Shown in pieces: positions 19,196 through 29,483 of a stretch of 64,000 nt of DNA. Position 1 is the first letter of the stretch. Each line of letters starts with the position of its first letter. The notes under the pieces are model-generated. The model was not told the origin of the DNA. It saw nothing but the letters and a program-made list of their open reading frames with translations, and did not search any database. Made by a program: the position numbers and the translations under genes. Source of the DNA: an uncultured virus (IMG/VR IMGVR_UViG_2912869438_000005) (taxonomy: Duplodnaviria; Heunggongvirae; Uroviricota; Caudoviricetes); IMG/VR virus record IMGVR_UViG_2912869438_000005, positions 62,001-126,000 of that record; one strand, 5' to 3'.

Positions 19196-19438
19196 ATGAA
19201 GTTGAGAATAATGAAATGTTCAGATCTTTCTTACTGGTACAAGGATAAAATCGGTATGTACTTTGATGTATTAAATAGAGGGGAAGTAGCACACAGCGTT
19301 GATCATGAATCAAATACCGCATTATCAAAAGCTGCTGTTTTAAAAGAGGATGCCACCATTTTTGAAGATAAAAACATCAATAAAGTGCAACAGTTATTTG
19401 AGAAATTAGAAGTTCAACTTAAAAAGATTTGCCTATAA
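19196..19438 (+). CDS. hypothetical phage protein (80 aa)
   Basis: ORF with RBS. Confidence 0.65.
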   Translation: MKLRIMKCSDLSYWYKDKIGMYFDVLNRGEVAHSVDHESNTALSKAAVLKEDATIFEDKNINKVQQLFEKLEVQLKKICL

Positions 19439-19447
19439 GAGAAAGAG

Positions 19448-20125
19448 GTGAGTGATATGGTCGATTTCAAAAAACTAAGCGATCCTGAGTGGATTAAGCA
19501 GTGGAAAAAAGAAAAAAGAGAACGTGAGCGGCTTTATGAAGAAAATGAGGCGCTGAGGCAAAAAACTGCATGTTTTACTGGTCACAGACCGGACAAGCTT
19601 GGAGGGTATGATATGAAAAATCCCACAATGCTGAAATTGAAGGACAAGCTGCTTGAAGTCATTGAAGACCTGATTACACGAGAAAATAAAAGTCGATTCA
19701 TTTCAGGAGGAGCGCTCGGAACTGACATAGCTGCATTCTGGTGTGTACATATGCTGAAGAAGAAGCATCCCTTTATTGAAAACATTGTCGCGATTCCATT
19801 CAGGAATCAAGATAATGTTTGGTCAGATGAACAGAAGTATTGGTATCAGAGAATGCTTGAGTCGGCTGATGAAATCGTGAACGTTGAGGAAGTCGATAAG
19901 TATAAAACTGATGACGATAATCCAGGTGAATTTTCACTTGCTAAGATGCAGAAACGTAATGAATATATGGTTGACCACAGTCAAGCAATAGTGGCCGTCT
20001 ATGATGGGGGTAAAGGCGGTACAGCGAACTGCTTAAATTATGCAAGGAGATGCTATTTAGGACATCAAATATGGAGGCTGTATCCTAAATATGACTTTGA
20101 GTTAGACATTTCATACGCATATTAA
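19448..20125 (+). CDS. SLOG / YspA (DUF1273)-like protein
   Basis: ACFTGHRP, FISGGALGTD, MQKRNEYMVD, GGTANC. Confidence 0.85.
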   Translation: MSDMVDFKKLSDPEWIKQWKKEKRERERLYEENEALRQKTACFTGHRPDKLGGYDMKNPTMLKLKDKLLEVIEDLITRENKSRFISGGALGTDIAAFWCVHMLKKKHPFIENIVAIPFRNQDNVWSDEQKYWYQRMLESADEIVNVEEVDKYKTDDDNPGEFSLAKMQKRNEYMVDHSQAIVAVYDGGKGGTANCLNYARRCYLGHQIWRLYPKYDFELDISYAY

Positions 20126-20301
20126 TTCTAGATACAAGGATTATTTTATCCAAAGAGGGGATGAAAGTATCGGTTACATCAAATACATATTTGAAACAGC
20201 ATGGTTTAACTTAGTATGGTTTAAATGGCATTTGGGAGCAGATATAAAAGCGTTTGAGAATTGCAGCTGGAAAGACTATATAGATTCCAAGAGGAGGGAC
20301 A

Positions 20302-20502
20302 ATGATGAATTACAATCTTAATGATAAGATCCTTAAAGAGATTTTTGATTTTTATTTTGAGTCCCATGGTCAGAAAGTGGAAGAAGTACAGTTTCTTGAA
20401 AACCGTGTCCTTGTAAGAACTAAATCAAAAGTCAATAAGCGTATTGATATTCCTGAATTCATACATAAAAGACCACACAAATCAAAATATGCTATTGGAT
20501 AA
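20302..20502 (+). CDS. hypothetical phage protein
   Basis: ORF with GAGGAGG RBS. Confidence 0.65.
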   Translation: MMNYNLNDKILKEIFDFYFESHGQKVEEVQFLENRVLVRTKSKVNKRIDIPEFIHKRPHKSKYAIG

Positions 20503-20548
20503 AACATAAATCAATTAAAAGAACAATTTCGAAAAGGTTTATAAGGAG

Positions 20549-20893
20549 ATGAGGAAACTGGATAAAACATCAGAATTATTAAATATATTGAGCATGTATC
20601 CAGAAAGAGAACTTATTTTTATGTATCCAAATGAAGGATCTGACCACCCTTACACGCTTGGTTATCCATCTAGAATTTTAATTGATTCTTATATTACATT
20701 GAATGATCGAGTATGGCTATTTAATGAAGAGAAAGACGAATTGTTTGAGGAGATTGCTGATAGTGTCGCGGAGGATTTATATACGGAATTTCCACTAACT
20801 AATGATCAATCAGCTTTTGTAGATAAGCAAGCTAAGAAAAAAATAGAGAGTCTAGCGTGGAAAAAAGCAATAGTGGTTTATATAAAATATTGA
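20549..20893 (+). CDS. hypothetical phage protein (114 aa)
   Basis: ORF with AAGGAG RBS. Confidence 0.7.
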   Translation: MRKLDKTSELLNILSMYPERELIFMYPNEGSDHPYTLGYPSRILIDSYITLNDRVWLFNEEKDELFEEIADSVAEDLYTEFPLTNDQSAFVDKQAKKKIESLAWKKAIVVYIKY

Positions 20894-21102
20894 GGTAGTG
20901 ACTGAGAAAGGATGAGGAAATGAGCGGCATTAACACTAAATTTTCATACAAACAGCTGTACACATTAAAACACGCTTTATTGGAGTATGTGAAACGTAAA
21001 GGCATAACAGATGATGACTTTAAAAGCGAACAGGATTTGTTGCTAAAAATCAACTACCAAATTGAAGAAATGAACGAACGTTACCATATTTAGATAGGAG
21101 AA

Positions 21103-21402
21103 GTGGGTGAACTTTTGAAACTAACAAAAGATAAAATTATTTTGACGGAAAAAGCAAAAGAAATTTTTGGTGATGTCGTGGAGTCTGCATTTATAAATAA
21201 GCCTTCTTATGTGTCCACTCATTCATTTGAAGAGCTTTATAATGCATTGAAAAAAAATGAAGAAAGGCAAAAAGGTGAGTTGTTACCTGAGGACTGGTTT
21301 CCTATCATTGTGAAATTAATTAATGGAAAATCCTTTGAAATTTGGTCTTCTGATCGAGGGGGAGGCGTTTCTTCTATCTTAGAAGAAGAGGTGACACAGT
21401 AA
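21103..21402 (+). CDS. hypothetical phage protein
   Basis: ORF with RBS. Confidence 0.65.
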   Translation: MGELLKLTKDKIILTEKAKEIFGDVVESAFINKPSYVSTHSFEELYNALKKNEERQKGELLPEDWFPIIVKLINGKSFEIWSSDRGGGVSSILEEEVTQ

Positions 21403-21436
21403 GGAATACGCGGGAGCCGGGAAGGGTGAGGAAATA

Positions 21437-21885
21437 GTGAAATATAAGTACGAGGATATTGAGAATGTAGTTGCTAAACAAGATTTTGAAGTGTTCAAGC
21501 ACGATGAAAACAGAGAACTTGTTGGAGTTGTAACAATTCCAAAAGGTTGTAAGGGTATTGTGGAATCAATGGGTTGCAGTAGCACAGATGGGTTTAGAAT
21601 CAGTTATGACATCCTTTTCGTTGAAGGTGAAACAGAAATAAATGTTGCCATTTATGAAGAAAATATCGAGTTATATTTGGAAATTACTTAATGAACAATA
21701 AGCCAAAACATCGGCCGGAGCCGGGAAGGAGAATGAGGGATATGGAAAAGGGATATCGAGTTTTTGATTCCCGAAACAACTCTACACTTTTTGAAGGAAC
21801 TGAATGGGAGTGTATGGATTTTATTCTAAAGAATTACCCAGGAGAAGATTTTGTGCATGTTTTAATTGGGAAAAACGAGTTTTAG
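21437..21885 (+). CDS. two coupled hypothetical genes (21437..21691, 21691..21885)
   Basis: Overlapping TAATG stop/start. Confidence 0.6.
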
Positions 21886-21976
21886 AAACACGTAATGCAG
21901 AGATAGATTAAATTAAAATCGTCATTTTAAACAAATTAAAAGAAAAGATGGATTTATCGAGTGGAAGGAGGATTAT

Positions 21977-22381
21977 ATGGGTTTAGATGTAACACATGGC
22001 GCCTTCAGCGGGGCATACTCGGCGTTTAATAATCTTAGAAGGTTTTTATTAAGATCAATTGGAGGTAGTTGGCCACCTCATGATGATAAAAAATTAAAGG
22101 ATGGCTATTGGTATTTTGGTGAGGGCTATTCCACAAAAACGCATAAGGGACTAACTGAGTTTTTCGGTCATTCAGATTGTGATGGTGAAATTAGTCCTGA
22201 AATGTGTAAATTTGTTGCGGATGAGTTAGAAGCCATCTTGCCATATGTAGAAGAGTTGGCTAGAAAAGAAATGCCTCATGGTCATATATTACGTGATGGT
22301 GGATACATAGTGTGCACAAAACAGTTTATTGCTGGCTGCAGACTAGCACATGAATTAAATGAACCATTAGAGTTTAGATAA
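21977..22381 (+). CDS. conserved phage protein (HSDCDG motif)
   Basis: AAGGAGG RBS; bracketed by palindrome copies 21914 and 22379. Confidence 0.8.
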   Translation: MGLDVTHGAFSGAYSAFNNLRRFLLRSIGGSWPPHDDKKLKDGYWYFGEGYSTKTHKGLTEFFGHSDCDGEISPEMCKFVADELEAILPYVEELARKEMPHGHILRDGGYIVCTKQFIAGCRLAHELNEPLEFR

Positions 22382-22422
22382 AAGCATGTTTTTATCTGAA
22401 AATAAATTAAAAGGAGAGAATC

Positions 22423-22956
22423 ATGGAGGATATTCAATTTTTAAAGGATATGCAGGAAGAACTACGAACACAAGACACAGATTGCCAGGCAGCACCTCGT
22501 TTTTGGGCATTGATGGACTACAGATGGAGAGAAACCACAGAGGGAGAGCATGAAAGGGTAAGCATTTATTCTTCCGATGAAGCCGAATGTTATGAGTTAA
22601 GCGAATATGTTGAAGATATTCTCGATGATAAATACAACTTGTACACAGAAGAAATGCTTGAAGAGCTTAGAGAACTCTATGACTTAGATGATGAAAGCGA
22701 AATGCTTGAATGGATAGCTCAAAATGTTAATGATGAAACTTTTCCGATTTTTGAAATAGAAGAATCATTTATTGTTCCTAGCACTATGTTTCTGACAAAA
22801 AAAGAAGCAAAAGAACATATCAAAAGAAATCAACACCATTACACTAAAAAGGTACATACATACGCTATGACAGCTTGGAGAGCACCAAAAGTTGAGCGCT
22901 TAATGAAAATATTAGAGACGTTTGATTGGGATTCAGTAAAAGATCTAAGGGACTAA
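22423..22956 (+). CDS. hypothetical phage protein (177 aa)
   Basis: ORF with AAGGAG RBS. Confidence 0.8.
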   Translation: MEDIQFLKDMQEELRTQDTDCQAAPRFWALMDYRWRETTEGEHERVSIYSSDEAECYELSEYVEDILDDKYNLYTEEMLEELRELYDLDDESEMLEWIAQNVNDETFPIFEIEESFIVPSTMFLTKKEAKEHIKRNQHHYTKKVHTYAMTAWRAPKVERLMKILETFDWDSVKDLRD

Positions 22957-22968
22957 GCACCCCTTAGA

Positions 22969-23286
22969 TCAATGGCTTAAGTAGACAGTCCCTTTATACT
23001 CAACTCGATATCTGCCATCAGGTTGCTTTTCCCAAGTTTTTAAATCCACAGTCAACGTTCCATACCAGCCGTTCTCAGCGTATTCGATCTGATATGGAAG
23101 CCAATTACGAGCTTCTTCACTAGTATAGTATCTCACAACAGTCATTTCCATTTGATCGGCTTGGATTTGAACATTCTCTTTATTATTCACTGAAGAAGTT
23201 GCTGCATGGGATGGGGAGGTAAAAACAATTAAAGACGTAAGCAAAAACAAACCTGCAAACATTTTTTTAAATTTCATAATTGTCAT
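22969..23286 (-). CDS. small secreted protein
   Basis: Signal peptide MKFKKMFAGLFLLTSLIVFTSPSHA; aromatic beta-rich mature part. Confidence 0.78.
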   Translation of the reverse strand: MTIMKFKKMFAGLFLLTSLIVFTSPSHAATSSVNNKENVQIQADQMEMTVVRYYTSEEARNWLPYQIEYAENGWYGTLTVDLKTWEKQPDGRYRVEYKGTVYLSH

Positions 23287-23410
23287 CTCCTATTCTTGTA
23301 TTAGGAATACGATGTAATTATATGTAAATTGATATTGGGGAGAAAGGTGCTTAGGAACAGTATTTACGGAACAAAATAAAATAGTTATTTTATTATGAAG
23401 GAGGAATTGT

Positions 23411-23659
23411 GTGTTTATCATTCAAAACATCGAAACGGAATTCTATTTGAAACATAATGGGAGCGAGTCATTAGAACACCCCTATATCGAAGTGGCCTGT
23501 CCGGGAGATGCAGAAGCTTTCAGTTCATTGAAACACGCAAAATATGCAGTTACATGGTATTGCGATATGTTTAAAAAATGGAGAATTATCGATGTATACG
23601 AAGGTAAATCGTATGTGAAGAATAAAATTTTTGAATTTGTTTTAGAAGAAGCTATGTAA
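23411..23659 (+). CDS. hypothetical phage protein (82 aa)
   Basis: AAGGAGG RBS. Confidence 0.7.
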   Translation: MFIIQNIETEFYLKHNGSESLEHPYIEVACPGDAEAFSSLKHAKYAVTWYCDMFKKWRIIDVYEGKSYVKNKIFEFVLEEAM

Positions 23660-23668
23660 CGGAGAGTA

Positions 23669-24481
23669 TTAATCTCTCCAGGAATTAAATGAGGGGATAC
23701 GAAGTTTGCCATTTTTAGTCTTAAAACGGTGCTTCACATTACATAATAAAGGCTTAATGAATACATAATCGTCATTTTCATATTCTATTTGTTTGATAGA
23801 GTGGAAGTATTTGCGTTCATCGAATGGCATAAATTCCATGAACCCGGCAGATAAACCGTCAGGGTAACTGAGAAGAAACTTGATATCTTCCTTAGTGTAT
23901 CCAGTAATGAGCACGTCAGTGTACTGATAATTTATAACCTTGATCCAGTTTTCCGATCTCTTGTTGATCTCGTAAGGGGAGTTTGCTTTCTTAAGCACGA
24001 TTCCTTCAAGGTTCTTTTCTTTAGCCATTTCAAAATAGGCTTTTCCTTTGCCTTGTACTCCTTCAATCACAAAGATATTTGGATGGTTAAGATTTAGTGA
24101 TCTAAGGAATTCCTTGCGTTTAAAAAGTGGATTTGAAGCTATTGATATTTCATTTAATCTTATGACATCGAACACGCAATAAACAATTTGATGAGAAGAT
24201 TTGCTTGATTGAAAACGTTCCATAACAGATTCAAAATCGGGCAACCCATCAGAATTGGTAACGATAATTTCCCCATCTAAGACTGTCCCTTCGGGAATAT
24301 CAATATCATGCAGCTCAGGGAATTTATTGGTGACTTCATTATTATGGCGCGTGTAGAGCTTAATCTTACCATCTTGCTTAGATAGAATGATTCGTATTCC
24401 ATCAAATTTAAGCTCAGCAATATAGTTTTCATCATCAAATGGCTCTTTGGCTGAATCAAGCAGCATTGGAGCTATAAACAA
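23669..24481 (-). CDS. ligB: ATP-dependent DNA ligase
   Basis: ELKFDGIR (KxDG), LDGE, EGIVLK, WIKVIN, LRIPSF. Confidence 0.92.
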   Translation of the reverse strand: MFIAPMLLDSAKEPFDDENYIAELKFDGIRIILSKQDGKIKLYTRHNNEVTNKFPELHDIDIPEGTVLDGEIIVTNSDGLPDFESVMERFQSSKSSHQIVYCVFDVIRLNEISIASNPLFKRKEFLRSLNLNHPNIFVIEGVQGKGKAYFEMAKEKNLEGIVLKKANSPYEINKRSENWIKVINYQYTDVLITGYTKEDIKFLLSYPDGLSAGFMEFMPFDERKYFHSIKQIEYENDDYVFIKPLLCNVKHRFKTKNGKLRIPSFNSWRD

Positions 24482-24573
24482 AAAACCACCTCCATTTAAA
24501 CATCTTATCTAAGGAGAGATGTTATTTAAAGCAAAATGCTGATGGTACTTAATGGATTAAAAGGAGGGATGTA

Positions 24574-24798
24574 ATGCACCAAGCAACAGCGCAGCTCAAA
24601 GATGTGAAAGTATTGATTAGGGGAATCTGGACAAAGAAGAAATTCACTGAAATAGAGCGCGGCCAGACGTTTATGATTGAGGAAGGTGGCTGCTTTAAAA
24701 AGTACATAGCCAGAACAGAGCCTTATTGGGATAAGGAATTTGAAGCTTATGTTGTTGATGTGATGGATAAAAACAAGTTGAGGAGAGGGATTAGATGA
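24574..24798 (+). CDS. hypothetical phage protein (74 aa)
   Basis: AAGGAGG RBS. Confidence 0.7.
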   Translation: MHQATAQLKDVKVLIRGIWTKKKFTEIERGQTFMIEEGGCFKKYIARTEPYWDKEFEAYVVDVMDKNKLRRGIR

Positions 24799-25055
24799 GC
24801 AAGCTTTCCGTATTAAAATTCAGTAGAGATATCGGGAAACCATTTAGTCAATTGGTGTTTGTTATTAATGAGTTGTCTTTTGATTACAAATCGAAAAGAG
24901 AGCTGCTGCAACAAATTGAAAAAGTCCGGTTTAGTTAAAACAGAAATTTTATACAAATTAAAAGTGAGTAAACAAGGTGGGATAGAGGATGCAGCAGTCG
25001 GATACAGGGAAAAACAGATCAAACAATGGTTACAAGATGACGGGAGGTAAGGGGA

Positions 25056-25505
25056 ATGGACATTATCAAGATTCGTTACACATTTAGGCATAAAGGTAGC
25101 GGCAACATTGAAATGAAATGGTACAACATCGGGCAATTGGAAGAAAGAGCAGCCGCCAAGCTGTCTCCAGTCTTCTCAGATGAATATGAATTGATCAGCC
25201 GGGATTTATACACCGGATTGAAGGATAATACTGACCGCGAGATTTACGAGGGGGACATTATTCATTGCGTGCACTGGTTCTTTGATGGAAACGAAATAGA
25301 AGAACACTTTACTGCTTCAGTTGGATTTCGGGATGGATCATTTACTTTGGAGAATATTAATAGCCGTTATTATTCAGATTATACATTTGAAGAAAACGGG
25401 AAAGGTATTTGCTGGATTGGGGATATAAATTACTGTGATGAAGATTATGAAATCATCGGCAATATCTATCAAAATCCTGATTTATTATTGGAGGCTAAAA
25501 AATGA
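25056..25505 (+). CDS. YopX-family protein
   Basis: YTGLKD...EIYEGDII...EIIGNIYQNPDLL. Confidence 0.9.
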   Translation: MDIIKIRYTFRHKGSGNIEMKWYNIGQLEERAAAKLSPVFSDEYELISRDLYTGLKDNTDREIYEGDIIHCVHWFFDGNEIEEHFTASVGFRDGSFTLENINSRYYSDYTFEENGKGICWIGDINYCDEDYEIIGNIYQNPDLLLEAKK

Positions 25506-25900
25506 CACATCTTCACTATCGAGTGTGGGACGGAGAACAGATGCATTATTGGGATGATGAGGGGATAAGCCTGACCATCGAAAACGATGGAAGTTGGTTC
25601 TTATGGCACGCTTTCGGCGGCGGCTGTGTTGTATCAAGCGATGATAAAGACGCGGTGCTCATGTGGGGAACCGGCGTGAAAGATGATGAAGAGAAAATGA
25701 TCTATCCGGGGGATGTGGTCGAATATGAAACGAGAAACCTTGTGCAGGCTTTTGGTGGAGACGGCCCGGAATATTTGCTAGAAAGGCGCATCATCTGCTC
25801 GTTCGGAGGAAAGCACAATGTCCCTTGCGGATTTCTGGGGAATTTAAAGGTTATCGGGAACGAGTATGAAAATCCCGGTCTATTGGAGGCGGCGGAATGA
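25502..25900 (+). CDS. YopX-family protein
   Basis: YRVWD...MWGTGVKD...IYPGDVV...VIGNEYENPGLL. Confidence 0.88.
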   Translation: MTHLHYRVWDGEQMHYWDDEGISLTIENDGSWFLWHAFGGGCVVSSDDKDAVLMWGTGVKDDEEKMIYPGDVVEYETRNLVQAFGGDGPEYLLERRIICSFGGKHNVPCGFLGNLKVIGNEYENPGLLEAAE

Positions 25901-26330
25901 CGTGGCTCGACTTAGTGAGAAAGTATTTTCCGGATGCAAATGATAAGCAGTGCGACTTTATTTTGTGGGAAAAGACTGCTTTTCCTTTAGTGCCTGCGGA
26001 AACTGTTGAAAAGCAGTTGCAGGAGTATCAAATGATGATGTTTGCAGATAGAAGGAGTAACCGGATCAATAAGGAGGCGGCGGAAGAATGAGCGGATATT
26101 CACAAAGACAAATTTGCCCGCATTGCGATCATGCAGAGGAAGAGCACTTTGAAAATTTAGATCAGGACAGCGACGGCAGAGTTACATGTCATTGGTGCGG
26201 AAAAGATTATTATGCTATGCCCCAATATGAATTTTTAGGATTCGAGGTTGAAAAAATTTGTGAGGACTGCGGCGAGCAGGAAAGTGAATGTTATTGCGAG
26301 GTGGAGGTGAAATTATCACACAACTTTTGA
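25897..26330 (+). CDS. two small genes (25897..26091; Cys-rich Zn-finger 26088..26330)
   Basis: ATGA overlaps; CPHC, CHWC and CEDC motifs in the second. Confidence 0.7.
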
Positions 26331-26444
26331 ATAAAAACAATCTTTTATTTAAAAAGGAGAGATGTTTTTAAAAAAATAACATTAAAAAGGGACAATGAGC
26401 AATCAAAGAAGGGAACTGTATAAACAGCTCCCATAAGTTGATGT

Positions 26445-26633
26445 TCAATCCTTCTTTTTCTTGTAGTCTTTCACTAAACTTGAAACAACTAAAGCCATAA
26501 CAGCAAAAGCTACAATATAAAATAAAACATTTGTTATAGGCGTATCAATTTTCCCTAAAATCATCACGATAGCAATGATGGCAATGGGCAAAGTTATTAA
26601 CAAAGTTTTGGACGGTTTAATTCCCTGTGTCAC
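26445..26633 (-). CDS. two-TM small protein, putative immunity
   Basis: Two hydrophobic helices and a basic tail; downstream of a secreted bacteriocin-like gene. Confidence 0.65.
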   Translation of the reverse strand: MTQGIKPSKTLLITLPIAIIAIVMILGKIDTPITNVLFYIVAFAVMALVVSSLVKDYKKKKD

Positions 26634-26696
26634 TTAACCAGTACCTCCTTGTTGTTCCACCCTTTAGGTGTTTTAGTTAATTTTAACATATGAAAA

Positions 26697-27197
26697 TCAC
26701 ACGAACAACATTAGAGTTTTAGCGACCCACCATGCGGCGGTTTCATTCCCAGTAACTTTAAGAGCACCTAAATAAATGCCGTGCTCAAGCGCACCAGTAT
26801 AGTGTTCTAAAGTCCTTAGAATTGTATCTAACCCTGTAACACCGCCTATAGCTACTTTCACTTTTGTTGGTAGTTCGTCAAAAGCTTCTTTTAGTGCTTT
26901 TATAGCCCAGGTGAATTTTCCTTGTACAGTAAAGTCTCCGTTTTTTTCTGACTGAGACTCTTTAATGGCTTTTTTGAAAATAGCAGTTTCTTCTTTGTTT
27001 AAATTCCAGTGTTGTGCAATTTCATCTATAGTGGGTTCTTTAGTTTGATCAATAGCAGATTTTACAGATGAAAAGGAATAGGACTGTTCTTTCACTAGAG
27101 CTTTAGAAGCATTTGCTTCTGCAAAAGGAGTGAATGTAAAAATAGAAACTCCTGCAACAGTTGATAAAATTAATCCTTTGACACAAAATTTTTTCAT
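26697..27197 (-). CDS. secreted bacteriocin-like precursor
   Basis: Signal peptide, pro-region, VQG-KFTWAIKALK... amphipathic C-terminus ending AWWVAKTLMLFV. Confidence 0.65.
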   Translation of the reverse strand: MKKFCVKGLILSTVAGVSIFTFTPFAEANASKALVKEQSYSFSSVKSAIDQTKEPTIDEIAQHWNLNKEETAIFKKAIKESQSEKNGDFTVQGKFTWAIKALKEAFDELPTKVKVAIGGVTGLDTILRTLEHYTGALEHGIYLGALKVTGNETAAWWVAKTLMLFV

Positions 27198-27514
27198 GAA
27201 AAGTCCCCCTATTTTAAATATACTTTAGAAATTGCTTTTTGATGTACTAAGATACTTGGGAATTAAGCAATGAAAACTAGACTTGCGATTCAACGAAAAT
27301 TAATCTGATTTATTTAGGAAATTTCCTATTTTTCTCGTTGCTGGGAAAATTGCACCCCCTTGACAATAATCCTATCATTTGTAAATAAATCGAGTAAATA
27401 GTAAATATGCACAATATTTAATTTGGGCAATATGGATATTAAAGGTATAAGGAAAACGTTGAGTGGTTTAAGAAACAAAAAAATGAAAAAATATTAGAAA
27501 AGGAGATTTCAGAA

Positions 27515-27769
27515 ATGTCAGTAGAGCAACTATGCGGAGGACAATGTACAGAAGAAACAATTAATTTGGTTAGAAAGCAATTACTGCAGCAGCAAAGTGT
27601 CCTGCTCACTCAAAAGGCAAAAATTGAGGCTAAGATTAGACGTCTGACAGATTTACTGCAATTGGAAAATGACAAACTTGAAAAAGTTAACTGTGAGCTA
27701 GGAAAGATTCAGTGTGAGCTTGAGGAACTGGGTTGCCTGGAGAAAGCATTGCATGAAGAGGGTTTTTGA
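27515..27769 (+). CDS. coiled-coil hypothetical protein
   Basis: AAGGAG RBS; heptad-rich sequence. Confidence 0.7.
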   Translation: MSVEQLCGGQCTEETINLVRKQLLQQQSVLLTQKAKIEAKIRRLTDLLQLENDKLEKVNCELGKIQCELEELGCLEKALHEEGF

Positions 27770-27850
27770 TTTCCATAATTTTTAACGAAATAGTAAAAAT
27801 GTGAAGAGCGTATAGTATAATGGTCTTGTTATAAGTTAAGGAGGAAAGTC

Positions 27851-28501
27851 ATGAGAAGACCATTAATTAAGTATTTATCTGTTTTAGGGATTATCGTAGC
27901 GCTAGGAGGGGGCGTTGTCATCTATAATGTTCAACATAACAATGACAAAGAATCAAATGATAATGCTTCTTCTGAGAACACATCTGAAGATAATTCTAAT
28001 GATGTGCATAGTAGCTCTTCAAGTGAATCAGATGAAAGTGGGATGACGCCTGATAAATTTGAACAGCGGTTTAACAAAGAGGCAAGGAAACTAATAGGTG
28101 AAAACACTAAATCAATAAACCTTGAATATAGTGATGGAGAAAGTTTAAATAGTTTTTCTTATGAGTTTAATGATAATTTGATTTTAGTAGGTGGATTTGA
28201 AAAGGGTACAAATAAAATTGCAGAATTAATATTAACGACAAAGGATGAGTTAGAGGGCGATAGCCTTAAAAGTTATCTGCAGGTTGTTGGGGTTATAATT
28301 AAAGTGTTTAATCCGTATATGACAACGACCGAAATAACAAATATGATTTACAATAAATTGGACTTGAACAATGTAATAAATAATCATGGGGTAAAATCAC
28401 ATAAAGTTGAATCAGAAGTTTATCATAATTTAAGGTATTCTTTTAATTATTCTGTTGAAAAATTAGGATTATTGTTTACAATTTCAATTTCAGAAGATTG
28501 A
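27851..28501 (+). CDS. membrane-anchored extracellular protein
   Basis: N-terminal TM, Ser/Asn/Glu linker, globular domain; convergent terminator at about 28511-28537. Confidence 0.8.
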   Translation: MRRPLIKYLSVLGIIVALGGGVVIYNVQHNNDKESNDNASSENTSEDNSNDVHSSSSSESDESGMTPDKFEQRFNKEARKLIGENTKSINLEYSDGESLNSFSYEFNDNLILVGGFEKGTNKIAELILTTKDELEGDSLKSYLQVVGVIIKVFNPYMTTTEITNMIYNKLDLNNVINNHGVKSHKVESEVYHNLRYSFNYSVEKLGLLFTISISED

Positions 28502-28540
28502 ATGTACAGAATATAGCAGGCATTCAGCCTGCTATATTAG

Positions 28541-28888
28541 TTATTTTAATACCTTTTTAATCATCTTGTCCATTATGCCATCTGATTGATAACCTTTGAG
28601 GATATCTTCCACTTTACCCATTGGAATGCTATCCTCTGGGAGATCTTGTATTTCTGCTAATTTAGATCTAACTTCTTCTTTCGTCGGGGCTTTATTTTGA
28701 ATATGATGGTCAATAAGATATTTCTCAAGCTTCCCTGATTCTTCAGAAGTGAGTCCATACTTCAATATTGCAAAATCCCTAGTTGTGAAATCAGGAGCCA
28801 GATGCTCATACAGTGAAACAATTGCATTTTTCATGTGCATTAAAGTTGCGGCAAGCTCTTCTCTTTCTTTATCGTTCATTGTATTCAC
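28541..28888 (-). CDS. hypothetical protein, putative immunity partner
   Basis: Immediately downstream of 28905..29483 with GGAGGTG RBS. Confidence 0.65.
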   Translation of the reverse strand: MNTMNDKEREELAATLMHMKNAIVSLYEHLAPDFTTRDFAILKYGLTSEESGKLEKYLIDHHIQNKAPTKEEVRSKLAEIQDLPEDSIPMGKVEDILKGYQSDGIMDKMIKKVLK

Positions 28889-28904
28889 CTTCCAACATCA
28901 TAAA

Positions 28905-29483
28905 TTAGAAAAACCATTCCATAACATGCCTAATCCAAAAAGCTATACTTCTTGCTGTGGTATCTTTTATACCAGTACCTTTAAGTGCATTAGCTGCTGC
29001 ACCTTCAATATTGTCCCATACTAATGTTTCGTATTTTAAAAGTTTCTTTAGGGCTGGTTCAACATATTTGTTAAAACGTTTCTCTAAAGTGTTTCTGTGT
29101 CTTTTCCCAGCAACACTTTGAATTATTCTAAATAGCTTACTCTTGTTTTTAAGAACTGTTTTAATCGTTTCTTTTACAGCTTTTGTTGTTCCAGCTTGTG
29201 TTTTAATAACAGGCTCTTGTTGCTTTGCAAGCTGCTGAGTTTTAAACATTAAAGAGTCAAGATTCGCAAATAGAGCATCAAGTTCCTGATTTTCAGTAAG
29301 AGCGCTACTTTCAAATAAAACACTGTCATTGTGTGTCACATATGTAATTTTATTGTTGCCAGACGACTCATAAATTTGAGGGCTTTCACTTTCATTAGCT
29401 TTGGCCATTGGTGTTAGTGAAGATGCAATCAAAGTAAGAGCAATACTTGAAAGTATAGTTTTTGTAGGTATGTTGGTTTTCAT
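28905..29483 (-). CDS. secreted bacteriocin-like precursor
   Basis: Signal peptide, acidic pro-region, TQA-G junction, then a cationic amphipathic domain ending SIAFWIRHVMEWFF. Confidence 0.65.
   Translation of the reverse strand: MKTNIPTKTILSSIALTLIASSLTPMAKANESESPQIYESSGNNKITYVTHNDSVLFESSALTENQELDALFANLDSLMFKTQQLAKQQEPVIKTQAGTTKAVKETIKTVLKNKSKLFRIIQSVAGKRHRNTLEKRFNKYVEPALKKLLKYETLVWDNIEGAAANALKGTGIKDTTARSIAFWIRHVMEWFF

Noticed and set aside
24813..25136. Track ORFs 24813..25136(-) and 24859..25050(+)
   Set aside because: No RBS; a 47-aa ORF 24795..24938 coupled to the upstream gene is more plausible
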